DNA from: Somniosus microcephalus | Taxonomy: Eukaryota | Direction of reading: 5' to 3' | NCBI GenBank assembly: GCA_052327205.1 | Contig: JBMRGM010000043.1 | Coordinates: forward strand, 31,124,001-31,188,000 | DNA: 64,000 nt | Shown: in pieces, positions 11,380 through 24,093 of the stretch | Layout: every line of letters starts with the position of its first letter | Position numbering within the stretch: the first letter of the stretch is position 1 | Program-made: the position numbers and the translations under genes | Notes under the pieces: model-generated | Database searches by the model: none | The model's input: the letters and a program-made list of their open reading frames with translations, nothing else | Told to the model about the DNA's origin: nothing

Positions 11380-13195
11380 GTAGGTAAACTTCGACACCAA
11401 TGATCATAGCTCAGTTTTAGTCGAGAAATGTGTCGCTTATAAAGGGGCCTCACAGTCAAATATAGTACAGGATATCAAGCACATGCAATACTGGGATAAA
11501 ATTGGACCACTGGGCAGAAGTGTATCTTCATCCCTCCTCCTAACAGGGGGACCTCTCGGTTTCCCCAGAGTTGAAATATATGCCGCTATTTTGTGCGGTA
11601 GTATCAGCCAGTTTCACCTCCCATTTATATCACATTAACTTCAATTGAAATATCGCACAGAGTCTAAATCTACCCAAATTCTTACATGTTGTTAGGTCAA
11701 TCAAATGTTATTTATTTCAAGAGAGACCTTAAACCGCTAATTGTGCATGGAACAGCGGCTCTCTAAAACAGCAGATACGAGAAAGCCACCGTTAATATCT
11801 CCTAGAGTAATTTTAAGACTGTGTTGAAAGCTTAAATTCTATTTCCAAAGTTCAAACTACAAAATCTGTGATCTGCAAACTAGTTTATATTAATAATAAT
11901 GACATCTGAGAATTGCTGTGTCGCCTTCTGGCTCCGTTGTGTCGCTGGTCTGATATGCAATGACTTCTCCATTTAAACATTACTTCATCCTCTGCGAAAT
12001 AGGTTGTAGGGTGACCCATCACAGGTTTAAAATCCAACTTTGGTGGAAGCACGTAATGGGCTCTACTCTCTCCAACCCTGTTACAAATCAAATGTAAAAG
12101 TCATAAAACCGACTGCTGTTTCGTATTCGCTCATTTGCCGCCAATGTGTATTGCAAATTTATACCGGAGTGGGAATAACTTTACCTTTCATCGCAGGGTG
12201 AAATAAACAGGCGAGGTCCAATCAATCGCCATGTTTTAGATTCAGGTGGAGTCGCATTTCTATTTACTTCAGTGTTAAATAAATCGAGAGTGGTTTGAAA
12301 CTTATGGCTGCTCCATTACTGCCCTTTGGCCTCTTGGCGGTAAAAGTGAAAAGTAGCTCAAGTGTATCCTCCCGGCGCTCCCCTGGGATCAGGATTGGTT
12401 GGAAGTGCATCTGCAGACCCGAGGCATGGTGAGAAGTGGAGTGTACATTTATCTTGTGTCTCTCAGAAAACAAATTATTATGAGGTGCAACGAATGCTTT
12501 TATCTAGGTAATAAGCAATGCTAGAAAAATTGTTGATAGGTGACTAACTAGGGGCGCTCCTTGAGCACTGCCACAAGTTTATTGTATGTGCAGTGCAAAA
12601 ACCCTTTACATACATAAATGGGGTTCCCTTCCGCACACCTGGCGAAGTTACAGTGGAGGAGCGAAGGCAGGAAATTGCCCTGTGTTTCCACAAAAGGTAA
12701 TGGGACAATGAGCAGCTAATTTGTTTGGTCTTGCTGGACGAACGAGCAATACCCCAGGACACTGGAACGACTTCTTCGTCTTGGCGTCGTTCAATGGGAT
12801 TTTTAACTGATATCAGAAGCACCTGAACAGGTGAAAGCGGCCACGGTTTTAATATCTTGATTCCACAACATTTACAAATACCAGACGTTTATTTAGAGAG
12901 GGCTGGGCATCTGCCTGGCTGTTGAATCGATCCTCGCCATTGAACTTCGTTGATGAAACCTTGAAGGGCAATATGAGCAGTGATAGCTCAGCATTAGAAA
13001 GGGAACGGTCACTCTCTGAACCAATAAACATTAGTTTGGCTTTTCAGGTCTTAAAATTACTTTTAGTTACTGAGGTGATACCGATTGCTCTGGATATTGA
13101 GCTGCACTTTCAAGCCAATGTTTTTTAACATTGAAGAATGGTGCTTTAACATATTTTAATTTGTATTTCGTTCATATGTTTCACTTTTTTTGCAG

Positions 13196-13462
13196 CTTCT
13201 GATATGAATTTAACTCTGGAAGTGAATCCAACATCTGCACTGTCAGGTGACAGTATTATCCTGAAATGTTTGATGCCTTCCTGGAAATGGAGAGAAGGTT
13301 TTCCCTTCCTGTGGTATCGAGATAAACAGTTAATAGCAGAAACTGACGAATCTCAGTACACCATAGAAAACGCAAAAGAGTCAGATACGGCACCATATCG
13401 GTGTGAACTCAAAATACGTTACAGGAAGTGGATCTCCCCGAATGTAACCATCACCATAAAAA
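13196..13462 (+). CDS. Gene A Ig domain exon 2
   Basis: ttttttgcag | 267 nt | gttggt; SGDSIILKC...FLWYRD...DTAPYRC. Confidence 0.85.
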
Positions 13463-13544
13463 GTTGGTCACTGCTTTTCTTTTTCATTTTCTTTATTTGA
13501 TCTGGTAATGAGCTGTTGAAGGATGTGAAGTATTCTAAGAATCC

Positions 13545-13850
13545 TTGGCCTATATATGACTGCACAACCACAGAAATGTGGTTGACTCTTAATCCCCTCT
13601 GAAATGGCTTGGCAAGCTACTAAGTTTTATCAAAGCACTAGAAAAAACTGTAAGATTAAAACTTGGAGGAACACCTGGCATTGAACTAGGCATCATATTC
13701 GGACACAGATAAGACACACAGTCAACCCTGCAAAGCCCTCCTCCCTAACATCTGGGGACTTCTGCAAAAATTGGGACAGCTGTCCCACAGACCAGTCAAG
13801 CAATAGCCTGTCATAGTGATGATCACAGAATCATACCTTCCAACCAATGT
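13545..13850 (+). mobile_element. LINE 5' fragment (UTR and start of endonuclease)
   Basis: Shares 'aatgtggttgac...ctgaaatggc' with 70-650; degenerate NIWGL..KLG.LSHR.VKQ endonuclease-like start. Confidence 0.55.
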
Positions 13851-14250
13851 GGTGGCTGGGTGGTGACAGAGTGATGTAACTGTGAATATTTGCAGAATTC
13901 ACAGTGATCATAGTAGATGTTGAGACACAGCAGGGAATAGCGAAAAGAGCAAAGTTCTATTGAAGGATTCATACTTGAATAAGTCTTGCACAGCGTGGAG
14001 TTCCTGTATCAGCAGAATATATTAAGCAGATTAAGTTCTCCGCAAACAAAGCAGCGAGTGGAAATCCATAACAATATAGTAATGCTGCCTACTGGAGTGT
14101 TCCACAATACAGCTGCTGGTTACCATTTAGTACAGTCGCACCTCGTGGTGGTTCTTGGTATATCCTTGCTCTTGTTATCAATAATCTCTGCTATTTGTTT
14201 AACTATATGAGATGAATTCTTACCTCCCAATCCATATTCTGTTTTCACCG

Positions 14251-14527
14251 AACTCTTCTCCAAACCTAAACTGAGGACTGAGCCTGCAGTTAAAATATTT
14301 GAGGTAGACCAGTTAAAATTCATTTTTTTATTGAAACAATGCTGTTCAATATTAGGCTTCAATACACATTTCACAAAAATGGCAAAGCTCTGCAGTTGAA
14401 TTCATACATCAACTCTAAGCACATGGGGGCAGCTTCTTTGAAGGGCTCGGTGACTTAGCCTTGTTGAGCAAATGCTTTCTACCACCGTGATAACAACAGA
14501 GTGATGAGGTTTCCATTACGGTAGAAG
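14251..14527 (+). pseudogene. Dead Ig pseudo-exon in gene A (paralog of 49909 and 55974 exons)
   Basis: Acceptor reads ttttcacCG instead of cacAG; first Cys codon lost, indels and stops. Confidence 0.85.
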
Positions 14528-15860
14528 GTAAATAGAACCAGCTGTAATTACTGTTCATCTTTCATTTAAAGAATTCTTCAGGGGATTATAGATAAATAAA
14601 TATACGGGAGGGATCCAATGTGGAAAAAGATTTACTCCCAGCTTTATCACATAATAAATCAATTTTGGATGTGATCTGTTTAAATCAAAGCGCCACCTGG
14701 TTCTATAAAAAATCCATACATTTACTGAAACCCACACTTGTAATAGCTGCAACGTTTGAAGACCAGTGTCCACTCCCAGTGGCTAATATTAGCTTCCTGC
14801 AATAGTGTCGAATGGGCGATACTGAATTTGCCTCCCATTATATGTCCCTCCCGTGTTTGCGTCGCATCATTATCATTGGACAGGAACATCGTGCGTGGTG
14901 TACAATTGGTGCAAGATTCGATACCACGCGTTTTACACCATGGATCCAAGGTCAAGTTACCTCCTCTGTTTCTGTCTGACTGAATCAGCAACGAGCAGAA
15001 CCTGGTCAGGAACAGCACGGTGTTTAATCAGACAGTGCCTTACCACTTACTAGTCCCGGCAATCGTTGCTAGCTGAAATCTCGGTGCTAAAATTTAACTT
15101 GGAGAGTGCAGTAGATAATTGGCAGACAAGGAAATCGAATTTCACCTGTGTGTAGATAGTATGGCCAATGAGCTACTACCGGTTTTGCACCCCAGACAAA
15201 CTTGAATTTCCACCCCTCCAATTTCAGTAGAGGGGGATGACGGGGTGGCAAAACGCCGGAGGCTATTGAAGGCTGAGCCTCTGATGTCCGGCCTCTCGAT
15301 TGCATTCAGTTAGAATCTGCCAATCATAACTCTATCTTTACATTTTAAAAGGAGCAGGCAATCAGAACACCAAGTGGGTGTTATCGATCCTGTGTCATCA
15401 GTGGATTTTCAAAGAATTGCATTGTCCATAGCTGAGCGTTTAACATGAATGTCCTAAAATGTGAAGGTGCTGCAACAATGACCAATGAGGTTTCAGTATT
15501 TAAGACTTGGGCATAAAGCATCGCCTGGGCGGAGAGCAGAGTCCAAAATCTGAGTGGGGGGAATGGGGTGGGCTGAAGAGGGATAATCTCACAGGACCCG
15601 CAGGATGTTTCCTCCATTCATTTTAACGGAAGGGTTAACTTCTCCCCAAATCTAGCCACGAGAGTATGTTCAGATGTCGGTGTTCCAAAATGCATCTTCC
15701 TATAAACCGAGTGCAATCAAGGATTATTGAACGGCTCTTTCTTTGAACCGCTGTCAGCATTTCATTGCTCTGATCATTAACTTGTGTTATCCAAACAAAT
15801 ACTTTCATAAATCTTTGAGAGATGCTTCAGCTGGTAAATCTATTTTTTACTCTTTTATAG

Positions 15861-16139
15861 AGCTCTTCTCCAAACCTACATTGAGGGCTGATTCTGAAGC
15901 TCAAATATTTGAGGGCCAACAGTTAAATCTCGCATGTTCGGCTGAAATATTTCGCTCCAGTTCGTCTTTGAGATATGTATTTTTCAAAGATGAACAAGCT
16001 CTCAATTCAGCGGCAGACCACAACTATTACATCAAGGAGACAGCACTGCTGGACGATTCGGGGATTTACCAGTGTGAAGCAAGTACTTTGAACAGTGAGG
16101 TGAAGAAACTGAGTAATCAGGTTTCTGTTTCAGTCAGAC
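15861..16139 (+). CDS. Gene A Ig exon, FcR/FCRL D3-type
   Basis: ttttatag | 279 nt | gtgagt; ELFSKPTL..FEGQQLNLAC..LRYVFFKD..DSGIYQC. Confidence 0.88.
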
Positions 16140-17018
16140 GTGAGTACAATTTACTGTTAGAATTTAGCATCTTTCATCCACAAAATTCCCAGCAGGTTCG
16201 CACACGGGGATTGATCCGTGAAGTAAGGGCCTTACCTATATGTTCAACATGCACTGAATACATAAATAACTAAATTATTGTCGCATAGACAACAGGGGAA
16301 AGGAAATAATAGCATGTTTATACAACACATTCGTGAGGCCACAGATACTGTGTCCAATGTCCTGCCTTCCATTTTAAAGAGAACAGTAAAATCACAGAAA
16401 ACGGGAAGCGTTGATTCACCAGATGACGCCAGGGATGGAAAACCTTATTCACCAGAATAGACTTGAGCTACTGGCACGAACACTACCGGAGTAGCCATGG
16501 CTAAGAGTTATTTCATTACTGTTTATTACATGATAAGACCGAGATAGGGTGATAAGGGAATGGTATTTACTCTGATTGCGAAGACAGGAAGGAGGGATCA
16601 TTGATGTATAATTATCAATATAAGCGGGAGGATAGCTTAGAAGAACGTTCTTTATTCGAGGATTGCTGGAACAAAGAATGATTGGCCAAGTGGAGCAGTG
16701 GAGTTAGATGCAATTGCATTTAGGTAGATAGTGTTTATGGTACTGGAATAGTGCAGAGTTAGTAGGAATCAGTACCAGGCCAGAGATAGTAGGGTGGCCA
16801 CTAGTGGATTGCAATAGGAATCATTGCAGTTCCAGAATCAGTTTTTCCTCTATTAATTCCACTGACTGCTGAAGTAGGAGAGGGGCACGGGCGCCCAAGA
16901 TTGGAGTGGTAACCTAAATGACGAGGCTCTTTATTTTGATGAGAGCCCTATTTCACTTTGAAAGTAATACTACAAATTCCACAAAAGCAATGTAATTGAC
17001 AAATGGTTATATTTACAG

Positions 17019-17306
17019 GAATCCCAGTGTCCAAACCGGAACTGGCAATCAGCCCTGGTAAAGAGTTACTGGAAGGCGACACAGCGTCGTTAACCTGCTC
17101 AGTGTTCAACGGTTCTACCCCGATTACCTACATATTGTACAAAGGCCCAAATAAAGAACTCTTCCGAGAGGAGTCCAACCTAACCGAAATTACTTACCAA
17201 ATCGGTAAAGTCAACCAAAGCACCCAAGGGGATTATATTTGTGGTGTTTCAAACGAAGCGACCAGACGTCCTCTACACAGCGATTTTGTTACGGTTGCAG
17301 TGCTAG
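17019..17306 (+). CDS. Gene A membrane-proximal Ig exon, FCRL D5-like
   Basis: tttacag | 288 nt | gtgagt; IPVSKPEL..LTCSV..GSTPITYILYK..GDYICGVSN. Confidence 0.88.
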
Positions 17307-17694
17307 GTGAGTTATTATAAATACCTCTGAGGCAGAACGAAACAAGTGACTCAGTGAGAACAGTCCGGGAATCACTGCTTTTGCCAATAGCTTGGACGTT
17401 GTAACATCTTCTTTGACATTCTTCTGTGTGAAGTGAGGCACTGCGCCATTTACATTAAACAGGTGAATGCCTAAAAAGAACAAGAATGTCATCTGATTGC
17501 ATCAAGTATTGGTCTACAAACTGCAACTGTTAGTTGTAGATTTAAAACGGCTGATCACTCTGTTTAATTGACAAATTGAGAGAAGTTATACGGAGAGGTT
17601 AATGACGACTCAAATCTTAATACCATCGGCAGTAATTTTTGGGCTATAAATTTTAGAACATCATCTCTTAACCGTAGCTGCTAATACTTTTGTA

Positions 17695-18282
17695 TTTGTA
17701 TATGGGATTGGGCGTCGCTGGCAACATTTGCTTTAATTGGCCATCCCTAATTGCCCTTGAGAAGGTAGTGGTGAGCCACCTTCTTGAACCGCTGCAGTCC
17801 ACGTGGTGATCATCCAAATTCAGTACCCTGTCCCTGCTTTCTACCCACATCCCTTGATCCTGTTAGCCTTAAGCAACATATCTAACTCCTTCTTGAAAAT
17901 AATTAATGAATTGGCCTCAACTTCCTTTTGTGGTAGAGAATTCCACAGGTTCTCCACTCTCTGGGTGAAGAAATTCCTCCTCATCTCTGTTCTAAATGGC
18001 TTACCCCTTATCCTTAGACTGTGACCCCTGGTTCTGGACTCCCCGACTATCGGGAACATCCTTCCTGCATCTAATCTGTCGAGTCCTTTTAGAATTTTAT
18101 ACGTTTTATTGAGATCCCCTCTCATTCTTCAAAACTCCAGTGAATATAAGCCCAATTGACCCAATCACTCCTCATACGGCATTCCTGTCATCCCAGGTAT
18201 CCGTCCAGTTAATCAGCGCTGTACTCCCTCCATGGCGAGAACATCCTTCCTCAGATAAGGAGAACATCCTTCCTCAGATAAG
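17695..18282 (-). mobile_element. LINE 3' tail fused to a CR1 3' fragment
   Basis: 17695-17805 matches the insertion at 59080; ORF 17841-18125(-) is the CR1 ORF2 C-terminus; 22-bp tandem duplication at 18238-18282. Confidence 0.85.
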
Positions 18283-18472
18283 TTACTTGAGGGCCAACAG
18301 TTAAAACTCGCCTGTTTGGTTGAAATATTTCGCTCCAGTTCAGCGGCAGACCACAACTATTACATTAAGGAAACATCACGGCCTGACGATTCGGGGACTT
18401 ACCTTGGTAAAGCAACTACTTTGCACAGCGAGGTGAAGAAACTGAACAATCAGGTTTCAGTTTCAGTCAGAC
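18283..18472 (+). pseudogene. Truncated, internally deleted D3-type Ig pseudo-exon
   Basis: 5' end and acceptor missing, the LRYVFFKD segment deleted, second Cys lost (YLG); donor gtgagt retained. Confidence 0.85.
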
Positions 18473-18665
18473 GTGAGTACAATTTACTGCAATTATCTAT
18501 CATCTTTCATCCACTAAATTACCAACACATGCACACAATGGGATTCTTCATTCTGGCACAGGGCTTATCTATATGTTTAAGATGCACTGTATAAATAAAT
18601 GAATATATCCGTACATACTTGAAACCGTATTATGTTATTCATGGGATATGTTTATTTTATTCCAG

Positions 18666-18767
18666 TGCAGATTCACACAACCGCGATCAGAGCCTCAGTT
18701 TTTACACTTTTTCTTGTTGCTGCCCTGATTGCACTGGTACTCGTCAATCGTCCCAACAAGAAACAAG
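18666..18767 (+). CDS. Gene A transmembrane exon VQIHTTAIRASVFTLFLVAALIALVLVNRPNKKQ
   Basis: ttttattccag | 102 nt | gtgagt; same length as and alignable to 60551-60652. Confidence 0.85.
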
Positions 18768-19291
18768 GTGAGTCATGTTTTACAGGCAGGTGATTGGCTC
18801 TATAGTCACGTGAAGGGCTTCAGTGTATTCTATATTCAGTTGCGACATTCAAAATGCAACCATATTATTTGGGCAAAAGAGGGATAGTCTGGGCTGGAAA
18901 AAGAAAAATGTTATTTGAAATGACGATCTCAGAACAGACAGGAGCTTAAGACTGGGGCGAATTTGCCCAGTTAAGTGTTTTTATTTCCCTTTGTGCTGTT
19001 CAGAATTGATATGCATGTGGCCGAGGGGTAGAACAATAAGTGGCAGCATCATTCGTGGTTAGTGTGAGGAGACGATGCATCCTAAAGGATTTGTAACGCG
19101 GTATATGGTAATATCTTACATGTTTCTGTATATCTTTTCTGTATTGATTCTGTATTAATAAGTCATTTAATGCACGTTTGTAAAAGTTTAGATTTAATGT
19201 GAATGAATACGTTTGCAGTTAAACAAATCCACCTGTACAGCAATATTTATTGTACAACTTGCTGAAGTAGGTCTCTTCCTGTTTTATCCAG

Positions 19292-19322
19292 AAAATTCTT
19301 CAAGAATTTCACAATCGTTTGG
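19292..19322 (+). CDS. Gene A cytoplasmic exon 1 (ENSSRISQSFG)
   Basis: ttttatccag | 31 nt | gtaagt, phase 1-2; homolog at 61179-61209. Confidence 0.78.
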
Positions 19323-20239
19323 GTAAGTCCACGCAATTTTTAGCTGAATAAGCCATAGCTATATCCCTGAATATACTCAGTCTCTGTATAGCTGAACTAA
19401 ACGCGGTAAATGCTTGTGCGGTAGATTTTATCAATTGCATTGAACTTTAATCTGGCATTACGGATCAGCCTCCTGTTATAGAAAACACCATATTTTAATT
19501 TAATTTGAGTTGAATGGGATTGAAAAACATGTGGTTTCTACAACGCGTGTCTGTTCTGCTACACCACTTTTTATTCCGGGCACCGAGTTGGAAAATCTGC
19601 CCCATTGACGATAAGCCTTTACTGTAGCTCGCACTCAAACGATTACACTCCCTGCAGTCTATAAGGAGTGATCATTTTCTAAGTTATGTCAGTTGTACCT
19701 GAACTTCCTAACTTAAACAGAGTGAAATTCGCCCTGCGTGGCACAGTAAAAGGGGTGATTACAAATCGTTTTACAGTCCGCAGATTAGATTCCAGTGACT
19801 TGTAAACAAATATTGGGCGGAGTGTAAAAACTGTTGGAGTTTCGTTTAACCCTGCTCTCCACCACCGCCCAAGAAGAAATTATACCCCAAACTCTTCAAT
19901 CACTCAGTGAGCTGGACTATTCTTTAATCCTCCAATTTAATCCTCATGTAAATCACAGGGACCTGAAGCATTCTAGGATTTGGTGTGCAGGGCGATTGCG
20001 CATGTAGTTAATTTTAGTAACATTCACACAGTGACTATCTCAGGCAGTGGTCCATTTAACTGAACAAGCTTTTCTGGATACAGTTCTACTATTGATCAGC
20101 TTGAACAGTGTTTGTTGGCTTGGAATATCTAGTCCCCTTGTGAATCCAGTCGCTGTTTATTTTCCGACTCCCCTATGCTGGACATCATTCCACATGTGTT
20201 TTAACCTCTGACTGAATGTTGCTTGAACTTTCGATACGT

Positions 20240-21660
20240 TTGTGTGGCCCTCAATTTGAAACTGTGGCACTCTTCTAGAGCTTCGGTATGGAAGCACATC
20301 TCTATACGCATTACCCAATCCTGTCATAACCATAAATAATAATTTTTAAAACTTCTCCATCTTCTTTCAAGATTGATTTTTTTTTAAATTACTCCAACTC
20401 CTTTCAAGGCTTTATCTCCCTGGTTTTGTAACTAATCTAGTGACCCAGCCTTTATATTCAACAAGCGTCTAGTATGTTTCTCTTATTAAAAAGATATCAA
20501 CATTGTATTCACTGCGCCAGATGTGGGACATCTGCTGGGCAGAGCACAGAAAGGAAGATCTGGTCGGAATGATCTCTTGCTGAAAGCAGAAACGCTTGAT
20601 TTCTGTTCCATTAAGTACCGTGAAAGGAAAATCCTGCATGTTCTGTAAAAGATGTGTTAACCTCTCCACCATATTCTCATCTTTGCATTCCTTCAACATG
20701 ATTCTTAACAAACAAATGGCAGGAAAAATCATTGATACCCCATGAACTTGCATCAATACCAATTATAAATTTACGGTTATCTTTCTTGATTTCTGTGGCC
20801 CTCAATTTGTAACTGTGGCACTCTTCTTGAGCTTCGGTATTAAAACGCATCTCTAAGCACATTCCACCATCCTGTCATAATCATAAATAATATTTCAAAA
20901 AACTTCTCATTCTTCTTTCAAGACTATTTTTTTCAAAATACTCCAACTCCTTTCATCACTCTGTCCCCTTGGTTTTGGAACTAATCTAATGATCCTGCCT
21001 TTACATTCATCAAGAGTCTAATATGTTTCTCTTATAAAAATGATATCAACACTGTACTCACTGCGCCAGATGTGGGACATCTGCTGGGCTGACAGCATAA
21101 CGTATGTTCAGTTGGAAGGTATCCCTTGCTGAACGCAGAACCGCTTGATATAAACACATATAAAACACATCTGTATGCACATTTCCCAAAAACCTCTTAA
21201 TCATAAATAATTATTGCTAAACTTCGCATTATTCTTTCAAGACTGAATTTTATCACAATACTCCAACTCCTTTCAAGGCTCTATCGCCCTGGTTTTGAAT
21301 GTAAGCTCGTGACACGCCCTTTATATTCAACAAAAGAATCAATGTTTATTTTATTAAAATGATACCAGCACTGTACTCCCTGCGCCAGATGTGGGACATC
21401 TGCTGGGCAGAACACAGAAAGGAAGCTTGGTTGGGAAGGAGCTCTTGCCGAAAGCAGAACCACTTGCTCCCTGTTCCATTAAGCTGCGTGCAAGGAAAAT
21501 GCTGCCTGTTCTGTAAATGATGTGTGAACCTCTCCACCAGGTTCCTCTTTGATTTCCTCCAACGTGATTTTTAGCACAAAAATCATAGAAAAAATGTTTT
21601 TAACAAAGGACATGCTCCAATACCAACTATAATTTTAAGGTTATCTCCCGTGATTTATAA
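20240..21660. repeat. Three diverged tandem copies of a ~550-bp unit of unknown origin
   Basis: Anchor cgccagatgtgggacatctgctgggc near 20515, 21064 and 21383 (spacings about 549 and 319). Confidence 0.85.
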
Positions 21661-22657
21661 GTTACACGGTGGTGATATATCTCAACATTCTCTACAGTTC
21701 CTAATTCACTTTCAACACTGCACCCACTTTTTTTTTTAAACTGATACCCAAATATCAATGATACATTCTTCCTTTTATTTGGTATTGAATCCTCCCTTCC
21801 ATTTAGGACACAATGGGTCAAATTTGCTTTTCCAATGGAGTTGAAAGCAGGTGGTAAGGGATGGCCGGCCAGTTTTACACACAGCCTACTTTCCATTTCC
21901 AAATTCGGCTGGAGTGTAAAACGAGCGGCTGAGCCTTTACCACCCATATTCTGCTGGACGGTAAAAGTGAATATTAACTTCAACTTTCCAACTTGCCGCT
22001 CGGGCATAAACTGCCGTTTCTGGTCAGCCGTCCAATTGAGATTGCGCCCGATTATCCTGTGAAACAATTTCGAAGCTATGAAAATCCGGCGAGTGCTGTT
22101 TCTTACTGCCCAGCAGTAATGTGGATCATATACCCCCCGCCAGGAGACACTCTTACTACGTTACAATCTTCAACCATAATCAGTATAACTTAATTTGGGG
22201 CCGCAGCACACAGCGAGCACTAACGAATCTATTGCACATTTTGGACTCGACCGATTTTATTTTCCATAAATTTCAATGGATCAAAAATGATCTAGAGGAT
22301 TTCTAAATGGACAGCCGATTCGCTACATTTCGCTTTGCGGTGTCTTCAAGGACCAATTTCTACTGAAGTGAGTCATGATAAGGGAAATCTGGAAAATATC
22401 TGAGGTAATTCAGGATCTGCTGAGAGAACGACGTTAGACCCCTGGGGAGGAAAGTGCCACGGATCGGCAACCTGTCTACCTTGAGCTTCTTCAACTGGTC
22501 CAATGGATGTGGACTTGCAAGTTTAAGGTTATGTCTCTTGTAAACTGCTTGCTTGTTTTTGATATTTATTCTACTATTTCATCTTATTTGAAAGTAACAT
22601 TTCCGTTGTCCACGATTATTGTTAAACTTTAATCTCTGTGAACATTTCCGCACTTAG

Positions 22658-22743
22658 GGAGGCAACTAGAAACAGACCTCCAAGTGAAGAGAATTCTGCA
22701 GACAATTCCGAGTCTGCAGGTGTGCGATCAGCTCAAAGCACCG
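22658..22743 (+). CDS. Gene A cytoplasmic exon 2 (EATRNRPPSEENSADNSESAGVRSAQST, no Tyr)
   Basis: cacttag | 86 nt | gtaagt, phase 2-1; aligns to 63238-63329. Confidence 0.78.
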
Positions 22744-23009
22744 GTAAGTTCAACCTGATCAGCATGTGATGAACCGTAGATTGTTTGGGGTAACATTTCC
22801 ATCGGAAGTTCTCTCCAATATCGTTATCACTTCGGCAGAAGTTAGGCTACAACTCCAGAGAGATCACCCTTTCTGCAAGTTTTCCACGGAAATTCCACCA
22901 ACGTTACGACGAGACATTGGGAAAAACCACATAGAGTTTCTATTTCCTTCTCTGCGTACACTCAGCACAATCTAGCGTTAGGTTTTCTTCTTCACTGTCT
23001 GGATATTGA

Positions 23010-23710
23010 CCTATTATATCTCTAACATTATCTCAAAGTCTATGTCAATGGCTGGTCTACATCTATATCTGTGTCTATGTCTATGTCTCTCTCTATGTCT
23101 ATTCCTATCTCGAACTCTATGTTGATCTCTATGTCCACCTCCATCAATCAGTCTTTACCTATCTCCATATCTATGTCTAGCTCTATCTTTATATCTCTAC
23201 TTCTTTATCCACCTCCATCTCTCTATCTCTACGTATATCCCAGTCTCTCGCAATCTATCATCATGCCTCACTATATTTCTTTACATTTATCTTGCTTTCC
23301 ATCGCTCCATCTCTCTCTCTATCTATCTATTTGTATCTATCTCTATTGATCACTCTGTCTTGCTGGTTACAACTCTATCTCTCTCTGTCTATGTCCATTT
23401 AGATATCGATCTCTAGCTCCCCTATCTCTACATCTATGCCAGACTCTTTCTATATGTTTATGCACCTCTATTTGTATCAAATAATTTATTAGTATCTCTA
23501 TCACTGGCTCTAGTTATTTGTCTACCAGTAACTCCAAATTTATGTCGGTCTCAATCATCTCTCTGTCTCTGTGCCTATCAATATCTATTTCGATTTATAT
23601 CCCTCTTTCTCTATATTCTATCTCTATCTTTATCTCTATCACTATCACTATCTCTGTCTCTATCTCTACCTCTGTCTAAAATCTCTACTCCCTATCTCTT
23701 TCTCTAAACC
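23010..23710. repeat. Low-complexity (TCTA/TCTCTA)-rich tract
   Basis: Degenerate tctatc/tctcta repeats over about 700 bp. Confidence 0.9.
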
Positions 23711-24093
23711 GTCATTAATCTCTGATATTACAGTCATACTCTTATGGACACCTGTTGCTTGCGAAACTGTGTAAATCCTGAGTGAAATATGATGGCTCTC
23801 TACAGAATAAAATTGTGCCTTATGTAAAGAATCAAAGTTAAGTTATACTAATATTGCAGTTAATTTACTTGGATACTCTTAAGAGCCGAGATGGATTTCC
23901 TTCTCCACCACTCGGTCGAACGAAATAAAAGTGATCTTACTGTCCTTAGATATCTTTTTCTTAATCTTTATATTCGATCTGATAATTAATTCCTTGTGAA
24001 AACATATCAAACGAGTAACAGAAATGGACTCAAAATGTGCAATACAATAGAGAATTTTGCATTGATAGAATGTTAACTTCCTTTCATGGAAAG

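Noticed and set aside
15861-17306. Calling the genes PECAM1 or FCRL5 orthologs
   Set aside because: ELFSKP and GS.PITY motifs occur in both families, and the tandem lineage-specific expansion prevents orthology assignment without a phylogeny.
23071-23774. Ser/Leu/Tyr-rich ORFs (also 32444-32845 and 41324-41554)
   Set aside because: Translations of low-complexity microsatellite DNA.
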